Positions 29,225 to 38,904 of a stretch of DNA of 64,000 nt are shown here, piece after piece. Under the pieces are notes generated by a model. It saw only the letters and a list, made by a program, of their open reading frames with translations, had not been told where the DNA came from and did no database searches. The number at the start of each line of letters is the position of its first letter. The stretch's first letter is position 1. The DNA comes from Candidatus Sumerlaeia bacterium (lineage in GTDB: Bacteria > Sumerlaeota > Sumerlaeia > SLMS01 > JANRJK01), in contig JANRJK010000046.1 of assembly GCA_033764015.1 (NCBI GenBank), positions 1 to 64,000 of the forward strand. Reading direction: 5' to 3'. A program made the translations under genes and the position numbers.

Positions 29225-29928
29225 GTTCGATCCTCGACGCGCTCGAGAAGGCCAAGAAGGCCCAGGAGCGGGCCGCCGCCGCGCAGGCTCCGGCACCCGC
29301 CCCCGCGGCCCCGCCCGCCGGAGAAAGCGCGCTCGCCGCCGAGCTGGAGCGCTCGCGCCGGCAGCACCGCGTCCTCCTCGCGACCGTTGTCTTCGTGGGC
29401 GTCGCCGTCGTCGGGACGGTGGCCATGATGGGGCGCGGGCGCGATGGCCGCCCGGCTCCCGCCGCGGCGCCCCCAACCGCGACACCCGCGCCGCCGACCC
29501 CTTCTCCGACACCCGCGCCAACCACCGCCCCGACCCCCGCGCCCAGCCCCGCGTCCGCCGCGCAGCCCACCCCGTGGCCTTCGCCCACGCCGGTCGCGCC
29601 GCCGACGCCTTGGCCCTCGCCGACGCCGCTCCCGAGCCCCACGCCCTATCCGTCGCCGTCGCCCTGGCCCACCGCCACAACGCAGGCCACCCCGCCGCAG
29701 CGCATCGACTTCGCGCGCCTCTTCCAGGACGGCCAAGTGATCCGCCCGAGCGAACTCGGCTGGACCGTCGACGGCGTCATGACCTTCGGCAGCACGACGA
29801 CCGTCCTCATCAACGGCGAGGAGGTCCGCGTCGGCACGATCTACCGCGGGCTGCACCTGATCGACGCGGTGCCCGGCGTGCTCACGGTCGGCGTCGGCGA
29901 GGGCAAGCTCGTGAAGGTGGTCTACTAA
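29221..29928 (+). CDS. ExeB/GspB-like protein
   Basis: TTG start overlapping the exeA stop; (M)[11 protein letters not shown]-terminus typical of GspB; one TM helix; Pro/Thr linker; short C-terminal beta domain ([11 protein letters not shown]). Confidence 0.78.
   Translation: MSSILDALEKAKKAQERAAAAQAPAPAPAAPPAGESALAAELERSRRQHRVLLATVVFVGVAVVGTVAMMGRGRDGRPAPAAAPPTATPAPPTPSPTPAPTTAPTPAPSPASAAQPTPWPSPTPVAPPTPWPSPTPLPSPTPYPSPSPWPTATTQATPPQRIDFARLFQDGQVIRPSELGWTVDGVMTFGSTTTVLINGEEVRVGTIYRGLHLIDAVPGVLTVGVGEGKLVKVVY
29450..29700 (+). repeat. Coding PTP(W/L/Y)PS repeats in the ExeB-like protein
   Basis: [33 protein letters not shown]. Confidence 0.8.
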
Positions 29929-29947
29929 GAATGAAAGGAACGGTGCG

Positions 29948-30670
29948 ATGCGCGAGGTGATCGTCCTGACCGACCCCGCCGCGGTGGCGGACGCCGCGGA
30001 GCGGCTGCTCTACACCGAGCTCAAGTTCCGCGTCTCCGAGTCGGGGCGCTTCTTCGTGCTGCTGTCCGGCGGCTCGACGCCGAAGGAGATGTACCGCCTC
30101 GCGGCGCAGCGCCGGGGGACGGAGGCGGACCTCTACGGGCGGGCCGACTACTTCCTCGGCGACGAGCGCATGGTCGCGTGGGACTCGCCCGACTCGAACG
30201 GCGGGGAGGCGGCGCGCCTGCTGCTCGATCCGCTCGGCGTCGCGCAGGGCCGCCGCCACTTCCCCAACGGCGCCTCCGCCGCGCCGGAGCGCGAGGCGGA
30301 CCGCATCAACGCCATCATGGAGCGCACGATGCCGAAGAACCTAGGCGGCGCGCCGGTCTTCGACCTCGCGTTCCTCGGCGTCGGCGCCGATGGCCACACC
30401 GCGTCGCTCTTCCCCGGCACCGCCGCGCTGGATCTCGTCGAGCCGAAGCTCGTCGTCAACGCGGTGCCCCAGCTCCAGACCACGCGCTTCACCGCCACCT
30501 TCCCGCTCCTCGCCGCCGCGCGCCACGTGGTGTTCCTCGTGACCGGCGCGACGAAGGCGCACCTCGCGGACCGCATCCGCTCCGGCGAGCCGGGTTCCCC
30601 CGGGCACCCCGCGCTCCGCGTCCGCGCCGAGCGGACCACCTGGCTGCTCGACCGGGCCGCGGCGGGCTGA
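29948..30670 (+). CDS. pgl: 6-phosphogluconolactonase
   Basis: LSGGSTP, GDERMV..DSPDSN, FDLAFLGVGADGHTASLFPG, FLVTGATK, WLLD.AAA. Confidence 0.95.
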   Translation: MREVIVLTDPAAVADAAERLLYTELKFRVSESGRFFVLLSGGSTPKEMYRLAAQRRGTEADLYGRADYFLGDERMVAWDSPDSNGGEAARLLLDPLGVAQGRRHFPNGASAAPEREADRINAIMERTMPKNLGGAPVFDLAFLGVGADGHTASLFPGTAALDLVEPKLVVNAVPQLQTTRFTATFPLLAAARHVVFLVTGATKAHLADRIRSGEPGSPGHPALRVRAERTTWLLDRAAAG

Positions 30671-30677
30671 GCGGCGG

Positions 30678-31601
30678 TCAGCCGCAGCGGTTCGCCAGCT
30701 TGCCGATCCGCTCGATCTCGATCTCCACCAGGTCGCCCTTCTTCAGGTAGACCGGCGGATTGCGCCACTGCCCCACGCCCGCGGGCGTGCCGGTGGCCAC
30801 GATGTCGCCCGGCTCCAGCGTGATCATCCGCGTGATGTGCGCGATCAGCTTGGGGATCTTGAAGATGAGCTGCGCCGTGCTCGACTTCTGCATCGTCTTG
30901 CCGTTGAGGCGCGTCTCGAGCGCCAGCGCGTGCGGATCGGGAACCTCGTCGGCGGTGACCAGCACGGGGCCGCACGGCGCGGAGCCGTCGAAGCCCTTCG
31001 CCCGCGTCCACTGCTTCTCGCGCTTCTGCAGCGAGCGCGCCGACACGTCGTGCAGGATCGTGTAGCCGGCGACGTGCTTCATCGCGGAGCGCGCCGCGAC
31101 GTTCTTCGCCGTGCGCCCGATCACGAAGGCGAGCTCGCCCTCGTAGTCCATCAGCCCGTCCACCTTCACCGGCAGCGGGATCTCCGCGCCGTGCCCGAGC
31201 AGCGACGTGGCGAACTTGGCGAAGACCAGGGGGAAGTCGGGGAGCGGGGCGTTCTGCTCCGCGCAGTGGTCGTGGTAGTTCAGGCCGATGCAGAGGATCT
31301 TCGCGGGGCGCGGCACCGGCGGGAGGAAACGCACCTTCGCGGCGGGCAGCAGCACCGGGTGCCCGTCGGGGCCCTTCTGGCGCAGGAACGCCTTCGGATT
31401 CTCGGCGACGCGCTGGAGGAGCTTGCGCGCGGCGGCCTCGGTCTTGGGCAGCCCCTGCAGGAACGCCATCATGTCGCCGGGGAGCGCGGGGGCTTTGGGA
31501 TCGGCGACCGCGGAAGCGGCGGCGAGGCGGAGGATCTTGCCGCCCAGTTCGACCCCCAGGAAGGGGGCGATACCTTCGGCGGCGGCGGTGCAGAGGCGCA
31601 T
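30678..31601 (-). CDS. Fumarylacetoacetate hydrolase family protein
   Basis: KILCIGLNY.DH, DYEGEL, DVSAR..Q, AKGFD, LEPGDIVATGTPAGVG. Confidence 0.93.
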   Translation of the reverse strand: MRLCTAAAEGIAPFLGVELGGKILRLAAASAVADPKAPALPGDMMAFLQGLPKTEAAARKLLQRVAENPKAFLRQKGPDGHPVLLPAAKVRFLPPVPRPAKILCIGLNYHDHCAEQNAPLPDFPLVFAKFATSLLGHGAEIPLPVKVDGLMDYEGELAFVIGRTAKNVAARSAMKHVAGYTILHDVSARSLQKREKQWTRAKGFDGSAPCGPVLVTADEVPDPHALALETRLNGKTMQKSSTAQLIFKIPKLIAHITRMITLEPGDIVATGTPAGVGQWRNPPVYLKKGDLVEIEIERIGKLANRCG

Positions 31602-31636
31602 GGGGCGGCTCCCGGGCGTGGCGTGGGCCGCTCCGC

Positions 31637-32680
31637 CTACGGGAGCGGGAAGTGCATCAACTCGAACGCCACCCAGACCGGGAGCGTGACAATGGCGCAA
31701 GCGTAGATGGGGAGCTGGAGCCGGCTGACCAGGGCGCCCTGCGCGCCGAAGCGCTGCGCCGCGATCGCCAGGTTGATCGCCGACGGCGAAGCCGCCTCGA
31801 GCATCACGATGAAGCGCACCAGCGGCGGCACGCCCTCGACCAGGCCCATCGCGAGGAAAACCAGCGCCGGCATCACCAGCAGCCGGACCGTGATCGCCAG
31901 CCCCGCATGGCGCTTTCGGATCCGCTCCTTCGTGTCCACGGACGCCAGCATCATCCCCAGCAGGATCATCGCGATCGGGCTGATCAGGAGCGAAAGGATC
32001 CGCACCACACCGAACGCCTCCCGCAGCAGCAGCGGCGACGCCGGGTCGTTCTTCGCCGCCGCGGCGACCGGCGGCACCATGCTGAGCAGCACGCCCGCCA
32101 CCACGCCGAGCACCGGCATGCTGAGGCTCTTCTTCACGGTCTCGAGCCAATGCGCCGGCTCGTCCCGGCGGTCGCTGACGAGGTACGTGCCGAGCGTCCA
32201 CTGCAGCGGGCTCGTGGCGAAGATCGCCAGGCCGATGTAGACGAGCGCCTGCTCGCGCAGCTCCGGCGGCAGCACCGCCATCGCCATCGGGATCGGCAGG
32301 TACATCGAGTTCTGGATCGCCACGACGGCGGAGATCGCGCGGTCCTGGGCGGGCGATTCGCCGGGGCGGAAGCGGAACCATATCTGCGTGAGGAGCGCGC
32401 CGCCGACGATCCAGAAGACCGCCATCAGGATCACGATGGAGCCCTCCGTCAGCGCGGCGGGCGTGAAGCTGCGCGCCAGCGCCAGCACAAGCGTTAGCGG
32501 CACGAACACGTCGACCGCGAAGCGCACCGCGAGCTTGAACTGGCGCTCCGTGATCTTCCCGAGCTTCATCGGCACGAAGCCGATCAGGCCCAGCAGGAAG
32601 AGCTTGGCGATGGCCTTGAACGCGATGGCGAGGGCGTCGAGGAAAGCGTGGAGGCCCGCGTCGCCGGCGAGCGCCGTCAT
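31637..32680 (-). CDS. AEC-family (auxin efflux carrier-like) transporter
   Basis: About 10 TM helices; QNSMYLPIP, SPIAMILLG, RLLVMP, EAASPSA. Confidence 0.85.
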   Translation of the reverse strand: MTALAGDAGLHAFLDALAIAFKAIAKLFLLGLIGFVPMKLGKITERQFKLAVRFAVDVFVPLTLVLALARSFTPAALTEGSIVILMAVFWIVGGALLTQIWFRFRPGESPAQDRAISAVVAIQNSMYLPIPMAMAVLPPELREQALVYIGLAIFATSPLQWTLGTYLVSDRRDEPAHWLETVKKSLSMPVLGVVAGVLLSMVPPVAAAAKNDPASPLLLREAFGVVRILSLLISPIAMILLGMMLASVDTKERIRKRHAGLAITVRLLVMPALVFLAMGLVEGVPPLVRFIVMLEAASPSAINLAIAAQRFGAQGALVSRLQLPIYACAIVTLPVWVAFELMHFPLP

Positions 32681-32726
32681 GCCGCGGCGCGGAGGTGCCG
32701 GAGCGGTCCGGCGGCGCGGGCGCGGA

Positions 32727-34181
32727 TCACTCCTTGTCGATCCGCTTCCAGACCGTCTCGCCGGGGCGGTCCTCGAGTGCGAAGCCGATCGCGCGCAGCC
32801 GGTCGCGCACCAGGTCGCCGATGGCGAACTGCTTCGCCTTGCGCGATTCCGCTCGGACCTCGACCAGGAGCGCGAGGAGCTGCTCCGCGAGGCCCGACTC
32901 GTCCAGCGGCGCGTCCTCGGGCTCGAGGTCCGCCGTGAGGCCCAGCACCCCGCGCAGGTCGCGCAGCAGCGCCAGCGCGTCCGCGAGCCGCCACAGCGCG
33001 GCGGTGTCGCCCTTGCGCGCCGCGTCCGCCAGGCTGTTCACCAGCGTGACCAGCCGGAAGAGCGCTCCGAGCGCCTCCGGCGTGTTGAAATCGTCGTCCA
33101 TGGCGGCGCCGAACTGCGCCTCGAGCGAGGCGAGCTCCTCGTCGCGCTGCCAGTCGCCCAGCGGCTGCGCGGCCTTGTCGAGCAGCGCCGCCGCCTCGTT
33201 GTCGCACTGCGCCAGGCGGCGCGCGGCGGACTTCGCGCTGTGCAGCGCGTCGTCCGTCACGTCGTGCGGCGAACGGTAGTGCGCCCACATCAGGAAGAGG
33301 CGCAGCGTCAGCGAATCCACACGCTTCAGCACCTCGTCGATGTTCAGCACGTTGCCGAGCGACTTCGACATCTTCTCGCCCTGGATGTTCAGGAAGCCGT
33401 TGTGCAGCCAGTAGCGGGCGAACGGCTTGCCGGAGAGCGCCTCCGCCTGCGCGATCTCGTTCTCGTGGTGCGGGAACTGCAGGTCCACCCCGCCCCCGTG
33501 GATGTCGATCGTGTCGCCCAGGATTTCGTGCACCATGCAGGAGCACTCGATATGCCACCCCGGGCGGCCCATGCCCCAGGGGGACTCCCACGCGGGTTCG
33601 CCCTCCTTCGCGCCCTTCCACAGCGCGAAATCGAGCGGGCTCTTCTTCAGCCGCTGCTGCGCCTCGTTCACGCGCTCGCCCTGCGCCATCTGGTCCAGCG
33701 GCTTCTTCGACAGCTTGCCGTACTCCGGGAACGACGCGACCTCGAACCAGACCGAGCCGTCGTCCGTGGCGTAGGCGTGCCCCTTGGCGATGAGCGCCTC
33801 GATCGAGGCGATCATCTCGGGGATGAACTGCGTCGCCCGCGGGTGGTCCGTGGCGGACAGGTTCCCGAGGCGCTCGAGGTAGTGCAGGAAGAGGCCGGCG
33901 TAGTGCTCCGCCACCTCGGCGGGGGGCCGCCCCTCCTCGACCGACTTGGCGATGATCTTGTCGTCCACGTCGGTGATGTTCATGACGAAATGGACGCGGT
34001 AGCCGCGGTGGATGAACCAGCGGCGCACCACGTCCATCACGACGAAGTTGCGCGCGTTGCCGATGTGGAACGGCGCGTAGACCGTTGGTCCGCAGTTGTA
34101 GAAGCGGACCGGCGCCTCCGGGCGTACGGGGACGAACTGCTCCTTCGCGCGCGCCAGGCTGTTGTAGAGGTGGATGCTCAT
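32727..34181 (-). CDS. cysS: Cysteine--tRNA ligase
   Basis: CGPTVY, HIGN, NITDVDDKII, DFALWK, GRPGWHIECS, FPHHENE, KMSKS. Confidence 0.98.
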   Translation of the reverse strand: MSIHLYNSLARAKEQFVPVRPEAPVRFYNCGPTVYAPFHIGNARNFVVMDVVRRWFIHRGYRVHFVMNITDVDDKIIAKSVEEGRPPAEVAEHYAGLFLHYLERLGNLSATDHPRATQFIPEMIASIEALIAKGHAYATDDGSVWFEVASFPEYGKLSKKPLDQMAQGERVNEAQQRLKKSPLDFALWKGAKEGEPAWESPWGMGRPGWHIECSCMVHEILGDTIDIHGGGVDLQFPHHENEIAQAEALSGKPFARYWLHNGFLNIQGEKMSKSLGNVLNIDEVLKRVDSLTLRLFLMWAHYRSPHDVTDDALHSAKSAARRLAQCDNEAAALLDKAAQPLGDWQRDEELASLEAQFGAAMDDDFNTPEALGALFRLVTLVNSLADAARKGDTAALWRLADALALLRDLRGVLGLTADLEPEDAPLDESGLAEQLLALLVEVRAESRKAKQFAIGDLVRDRLRAIGFALEDRPGETVWKRIDKE

Positions 34182-34214
34182 CGTGTCCCGCCCCCGTCCG
34201 GAGCGGCCGCCGCC

Positions 34215-34820
34215 TTACTTCTTGTCGTCTTCCTCGTCCTCGTCGTCGCCTTCCTCGTCCTCGTACTCCTCGTCCTCGTCCTCGAGGTCGTCCTCGGAGT
34301 CCTCGTCCATGAAGAAGTCGTCGGCGAACTCCTCCGCGTCGTCGTACCAGCAGGAGACGGTCATGCCCTCCTCGTCGTCCTCCTCCTCCTCCTCGTCATC
34401 GAGGGGCTCCTTCGGGAGGTCGGTGACGAGCAGGCCGCACTCGAACAGGCTGCCGAACGCGTACGCGATCACGCAGCCCGCGAACGAGTCGGTCTCGGTG
34501 TCGTCGAACTCGACGGTGACGTCCAGGACGTTGCCGTCGAAGACCTCCTGCAGCTCGGCGGCCTGGCCGACGACCTCGTCGACGAGCTGCTGCGCCTCCT
34601 CGTCGCGCTCCGTGCGCAGCACGGCGGCGGCGCGCACGTGGCCGGTCTCGGGCTTCGCGCCCTCCTCCGGGCTGATCGTCAGCGTGTAGTGGACGACGGG
34701 GCCCTCGCCCTTCTTCTCGGCGACAGTCGCGGGCATGCCCATCTGTTCCTTGAGGAATTCGGTCAGCGCCTTGGCGGTGGGCAGCTTGTCAGCGGAGGGG
34801 AACAGCCAGATGGCGGGCAT
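34215..34820 (-). CDS. Highly acidic hypothetical protein
   Basis: Host-like codon usage; two Asp/Glu tracts at the C-terminus. Start at ATG 34820 or TTG 34856. Confidence 0.75.
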   Translation of the reverse strand: MPAIWLFPSADKLPTAKALTEFLKEQMGMPATVAEKKGEGPVVHYTLTISPEEGAKPETGHVRAAAVLRTERDEEAQQLVDEVVGQAAELQEVFDGNVLDVTVEFDDTETDSFAGCVIAYAFGSLFECGLLVTDLPKEPLDDEEEEEDDEEGMTVSCWYDDAEEFADDFFMDEDSEDDLEDEDEEYEDEEGDDEDEEDDKK

Positions 34821-34937
34821 CCGAGGGGCCTTTGGTCGGGGAGTTGTTGTCGACAACAGTTGTGGAGTCTCGCCCGGCGGGCGGCGCGGTCAACCGCGGA
34901 CTTCGGGACGGCGGCGGGGGCCAGCCGCCGCCCGCAC

Positions 34938-35705
34938 TCACAGCCCCTGCCACTCCTCCGTCTGGAGCAGCGCCTCGAAGTGCGGCGCGACCAGGTCGCA
35001 GTGCCCCGCGAGCTCCTCCGGCGTGTGCATGGTGGCGATGCCGACGGAGGGGCAGCCCGCTTTGCGCGCCGCCTCGAGGCCGTGCAGCGAGTCCTCGAAC
35101 ACGAGGCACTCGTGCGGCTGGAGGCCGAGCTGCGCGACGCACGAAAGGAAGATGTCGGGGGCGGGCTTGCTGATGGGGACGTCCTGCTGCGAGACGGTGA
35201 CGGGGAAGAGGCGGCGGACGCCGAAGTGGCCCAGGACGGTTTCGACGTTGCGGCGCGGCGAGCTGCTGCCGACGGCGAGGCCGAACCCGCGCGAACGCGC
35301 CCGCGCGATCACGGAATAGAAGCCGTCGAGCGGCGGGATTTCGCCCGCGCGCAGCCGCTGGAGGAAGTGCTCCTCCTTGTCCTCGCCCATGCGCAGGATG
35401 AACTCGCGGTCGTGCGCGTGCTCGGGGAAAAAAAGCGGCAGCACATCGAGGTTCGAGCGCCCGAAGTAGTCGCGCATGAACGTTTCCTCGTCCAGCGGGA
35501 TGCCGTTCTTGCGCGCCCACAGCAGCCACGCGTCGCGGTGCGCGTGCTGCGTGTCGGCGATGACGCCGTCCATGTCGAAAATCAGCGCGCGGAGGGCGCG
35601 TCCGCGGAACGTGAAGGGCTGCGCGGCGGCGGCGTCGAACGGTTCGGTGGCTTGGGTCACGGGTGCCGGGATGTCCAGGGTCTGCATGGGCGTTGCGCTT
35701 TCCAT
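34938..35705 (-). CDS. HAD-IA hydrolase (beta-phosphoglucomutase/CbbY-like)
   Basis: IFDMDGV, GSSS, SKPAPDIF, VFEDS..G.EAA..AG. Start at 35705 or 35687. Confidence 0.9.
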   Translation of the reverse strand: MESATPMQTLDIPAPVTQATEPFDAAAAQPFTFRGRALRALIFDMDGVIADTQHAHRDAWLLWARKNGIPLDEETFMRDYFGRSNLDVLPLFFPEHAHDREFILRMGEDKEEHFLQRLRAGEIPPLDGFYSVIARARSRGFGLAVGSSSPRRNVETVLGHFGVRRLFPVTVSQQDVPISKPAPDIFLSCVAQLGLQPHECLVFEDSLHGLEAARKAGCPSVGIATMHTPEELAGHCDLVAPHFEALLQTEEWQGL

Positions 35706-35803
35706 CGTGCCCCGTTGGATCGGATACAGGGCAACAGCGTTGGTTGCTGCGGCGCGGGAGGGAAGAACCGCAAGGGGTGAATGCGCAGGCGGCGCCCGGT
35801 CTT

Positions 35804-35962
35804 CTATCGCGCGTCGAGGTCCGCCGCGGCGGAGCGCATGGCGCGCACGATTCCGCGGGCGCTGGTGGAATCGACGCCGGGAAGGCTGGCGAACTGCTCG
35901 AACGGCGGGATGCGGTGGGCGGAGGGGCCGAGGAGGAGGTGGATCAGGCCTAACGGAATCAA
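35804..35962 (-). pseudogene. Possible 3' remnant of a truncated gene (or 52-aa small ORF) abutting the low-GC segment
   Basis: Reads ...GLIHLLLGPSAHRIPPFEQFASLPGVDSTSARGIVRAMRSAAADLDAR* with host-like GC3; host-like composition ends near 35950. Confidence 0.4.
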
Positions 35963-36050
35963 TTCTCACCCGGTGAAACGGGTTGACACCGCCGATTTGG
36001 TTTTATGTTCTTCTCACATGAAGGATGCATTCACAACAGGAAACACTAGC

Positions 36051-36728
36051 ATGGACCCTCGCAAGCTGTTTTTCGACCAGCGCCTAGGTCAACACTGTAT
36101 TCTGTGTGGAGATGTCCCAAACTCTAGAGATCACTGTCCGCCAAAGGCCCTCTTAGATGAGCCCTATCCGCCCAATCTTCCTGTTGTCCCAATGTGCGAA
36201 ACGTGCAATAATGCCTTTTCGGGCGATGAGCTGTACTTGGCTTGTCTAGTAGACAAAGCGCTGGTACTGAGTTCACTCGGGCAACAAAGTCATCGTAAGA
36301 AGGTAGATCGCTGGCTCGTCGAACAACCAGCGATGGCAACACGTTTGCATGAGCAACTTCCGATGCACCCTATTCGAACTGGCATGTTGGAATCCGACAG
36401 AGTCATGAGAGTCCTTCTCAAGGTGGCGCGTGGCCATTTTTGGTACGAAATGGCGGAGTTTGCAGAGGAGACGCCAGCATTTATGGGCATCAAGCTGTTT
36501 GCGGAGATGGATAGTGGAGAGATGGAAGCATTCGAGGCCTTTTCAGGGGAGTGTCGCATTCTTCCTGAGATAGGTTCAAGGTCGTTTCTAGAATGCATAA
36601 GCGAATCCGAGGGTATAGTCCCCACGCCATGGAGGGTCATTCAGGAGGGTCGGTATCGCTATCGCGTCGTCGAGTCACGAGTCGCGATCGTCCTAAGCGA
36701 GTTCATTGCGTGTGAAGTGATTTGGTAG
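36051..36728 (+). CDS. HNH-like endonuclease in a low-GC segment
   Basis: CILCG....SRDHCPPK.LL..PYP.NLPVVPMCETCNN; GC clearly lower than the flanks. Start at 36051 or 36018. Confidence 0.8.
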   Translation: MDPRKLFFDQRLGQHCILCGDVPNSRDHCPPKALLDEPYPPNLPVVPMCETCNNAFSGDELYLACLVDKALVLSSLGQQSHRKKVDRWLVEQPAMATRLHEQLPMHPIRTGMLESDRVMRVLLKVARGHFWYEMAEFAEETPAFMGIKLFAEMDSGEMEAFEAFSGECRILPEIGSRSFLECISESEGIVPTPWRVIQEGRYRYRVVESRVAIVLSEFIACEVIW

Positions 36729-37190
36729 CGCCGATGGCAACTGAAAAGGTATCCGCCTACTGATTATGACCAAGGCATCGGCAACGCCATTGTGGCCAGC
36801 CGATTCATTCATCTTTCCCTCACATGCCGTCGCTTTTTGGTCGGCAGCCAAAGTCTGCTTGTTGAATCTCGATGCAACTCATCGCCACAAAGTCAAGGTG
36901 TGAAGAATGGGAATACATGCTTTGGCATGCAGAATTTACTTCAAACGCACAACTTTTTCGGTGTTGGCCTCGAGTCGCTGCGGGATAAGTCAATTCTGAG
37001 ATCGGGCAGGCCCCAAAGCGCTTCAGCGGGAGGTTGAAGGGGGGATCATCAACGGTGGGGCCGGTTAACCGGTGTCTCCGCCCTCTCAGCGCGCCGACAC
37101 CACCAATCAAGCGTTGTCCCCCGCGCCCCGCGTGGCCGTTCATTGCGATGGGTGGCGACCGCGCCCCCGCATCCCTTGTCCAGGCCGATC

Positions 37191-38897
37191 ATGACCCAGC
37201 CACTCCTCGCCACACTCCCGAACCGCCCCGGCGCCCTCCGCGCCATCCCGTTGGGAGGCTTCGGCGAGTTCGGCATGAACTGCATGCTCATCGAGTACGG
37301 CGGCGAATTCCTCATGATCGACTGCGGCCAGATGATGCCGGGCGAGGAGCTGCCCGGCGTCGACTCCGTGATCCCCGACTTCCGCTTCATCGAGGAGCGC
37401 GCCGACGCGCTGAAGGGCATCTGGATCACGCACGCGCACGAGGACCACGTCGGCGCGCTCGCCTACCTGCTCCCCAAGCTTTCGCCCAAGATCCCCGTCT
37501 ACGCCGGCGAATTCACCGCCGCCCTGCTGCGCGAGAAGCTCCGCGAGGACGGCATCGAGCCCCGCTTCACCGTCTACGAGGGGCGCCGCCGCTACCGCAT
37601 CGGCGCCTCCTTCGAGGTCGAGCCGGTGGCCGTCACGCACTCCACCATGGACACCTTCGCCGCCGTCGTGCGCACGCCCGCCGGCGTCATCGTCCACAGC
37701 GCCGACTACAAGATCGACCCCTCGCCGCCGGACGGCGTCGCGTTCGACCACTACGCCTTCGCGCGCTACGCGGAGGAGGGGGGCGACGGCGTGCTCGCGC
37801 TCTTCAACGACTCGACGAACGCGGACCGCCGCGGAAGCTGCCCCAGCGAGATCGAGGTGGTGCCGCGCCTGCGCCAGCTCATCCGCGAGGCCGAGGGCAT
37901 GGTGATCCTGTCCTGCTTCTCGAGCGCGCTGCACCGCATCCAGACCGTGATGAACATCGCGGCCGACGCGGGGCGCACGGTCTTCGCCGCCGGCCTCAAC
38001 ATGGAACGCGTGATCCGCGTGGCGTCGGAGCTCGAGTACCTCGACATCCGCTGCCGCTACGAGGCCGACCTGCGGGCCCTCGAAACGGTGCCGCGCCACA
38101 AGCGCCTGGTGCTCACCACCGGCAGCCAGGGCGAGGCCATGTCCGCCCTTTCGCGCATCTCCCTCGGCACGCACAAGTTCGTCAAGGCGCAGCCGGGCGA
38201 CACGGCGATCCTTTCCGCGCGCATGATCCCCGGCAACGAGCGCGCCATCTACACGATGCTCAACAACCTCTGCAAGTGCGGCATCCACGTCCACGACGAG
38301 CGCTCCACGCCCGGCATCCACGTCAGCGGCCACGCCTACCGCGACGACTTGAAGACGCTCATCAACCTCACGAACCCAAAGTACCTCGTCCCGATGCACG
38401 GCGAATTCCGCCAGCTCCAGACGCACCGCCAGATCGGCCTCGAACTCGGCTTCGAGCCGCAGGAGGTGCTCATGCTCGAGACGGGCGACTGCCTCGAATT
38501 CATGAACGGCGCCGCGCGCGTGATCGGCAAGGTGCCCCACGGGCGCGTGCTCGTGGACGGCAAGGGCATCGGCGACGTCGGCGAGGTGGTGCTCCGCGAC
38601 CGGCGCACGCTCGCGCAGGACGGCACCGTCTTCGTCACGCTCGCCATCGACACGGAAACCGGCGAGGTGCTCTCGGGCCCCGACATCGTGAGCCGCGGCT
38701 TCATCCACGAGGACGAGAACGAGGCCCTCCTGGCGGAGGCGCGCCAGGTGGTGCTCGATGCGATCCAGTCGGAGAACCCCGGCAACCTCGAGGACCTCTC
38801 GGTGGTGCAGGCGGCGGTCAAGAAGGCGCTCCGCAAGCTCTTCAAGCAGCGCACGGAGCGCTTCCCCATGATCCTGCCCGTCGTCCTCGAGGTGTGA
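37191..38897 (+). CDS. rnj: Ribonuclease J
   Basis: IPLGGFGEFGMN, THAHEDHVG, VTHS, DSTNA, TGSQGE, IPGNE, HVSGHA, PMHGE, DIVSRGF. Confidence 0.96.
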   Translation: MTQPLLATLPNRPGALRAIPLGGFGEFGMNCMLIEYGGEFLMIDCGQMMPGEELPGVDSVIPDFRFIEERADALKGIWITHAHEDHVGALAYLLPKLSPKIPVYAGEFTAALLREKLREDGIEPRFTVYEGRRRYRIGASFEVEPVAVTHSTMDTFAAVVRTPAGVIVHSADYKIDPSPPDGVAFDHYAFARYAEEGGDGVLALFNDSTNADRRGSCPSEIEVVPRLRQLIREAEGMVILSCFSSALHRIQTVMNIAADAGRTVFAAGLNMERVIRVASELEYLDIRCRYEADLRALETVPRHKRLVLTTGSQGEAMSALSRISLGTHKFVKAQPGDTAILSARMIPGNERAIYTMLNNLCKCGIHVHDERSTPGIHVSGHAYRDDLKTLINLTNPKYLVPMHGEFRQLQTHRQIGLELGFEPQEVLMLETGDCLEFMNGAARVIGKVPHGRVLVDGKGIGDVGEVVLRDRRTLAQDGTVFVTLAIDTETGEVLSGPDIVSRGFIHEDENEALLAEARQVVLDAIQSENPGNLEDLSVVQAAVKKALRKLFKQRTERFPMILPVVLEV

Positions 38898-38904
38898 CGC
38901 GGAG

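Noticed and set aside
27056..29680. Apparent 2105-aa ORF (23363-29680, minus strand)
   Set aside because: The N-terminal 875 aa are the antisense shadow of exeA/exeB. The credible protein starts at ATG 27055.
28275..29700. Repetitive DNA that could suggest a CRISPR or tandem array
   Set aside because: These are degenerate codon-level repeats encoding Pro/Thr linkers. There is no constant repeat-spacer structure and no cas gene.
34215..34400. (TCC/TCG)n microsatellite-like tract
   Set aside because: Explained by Asp/Glu codons of the acidic protein on the minus strand.
36792..37143. Short ORFs 36792-37037 (+) and 36820-37143 (-)
   Set aside because: No motifs or clear RBS, mutually overlapping, and in low-GC sequence that looks decayed.
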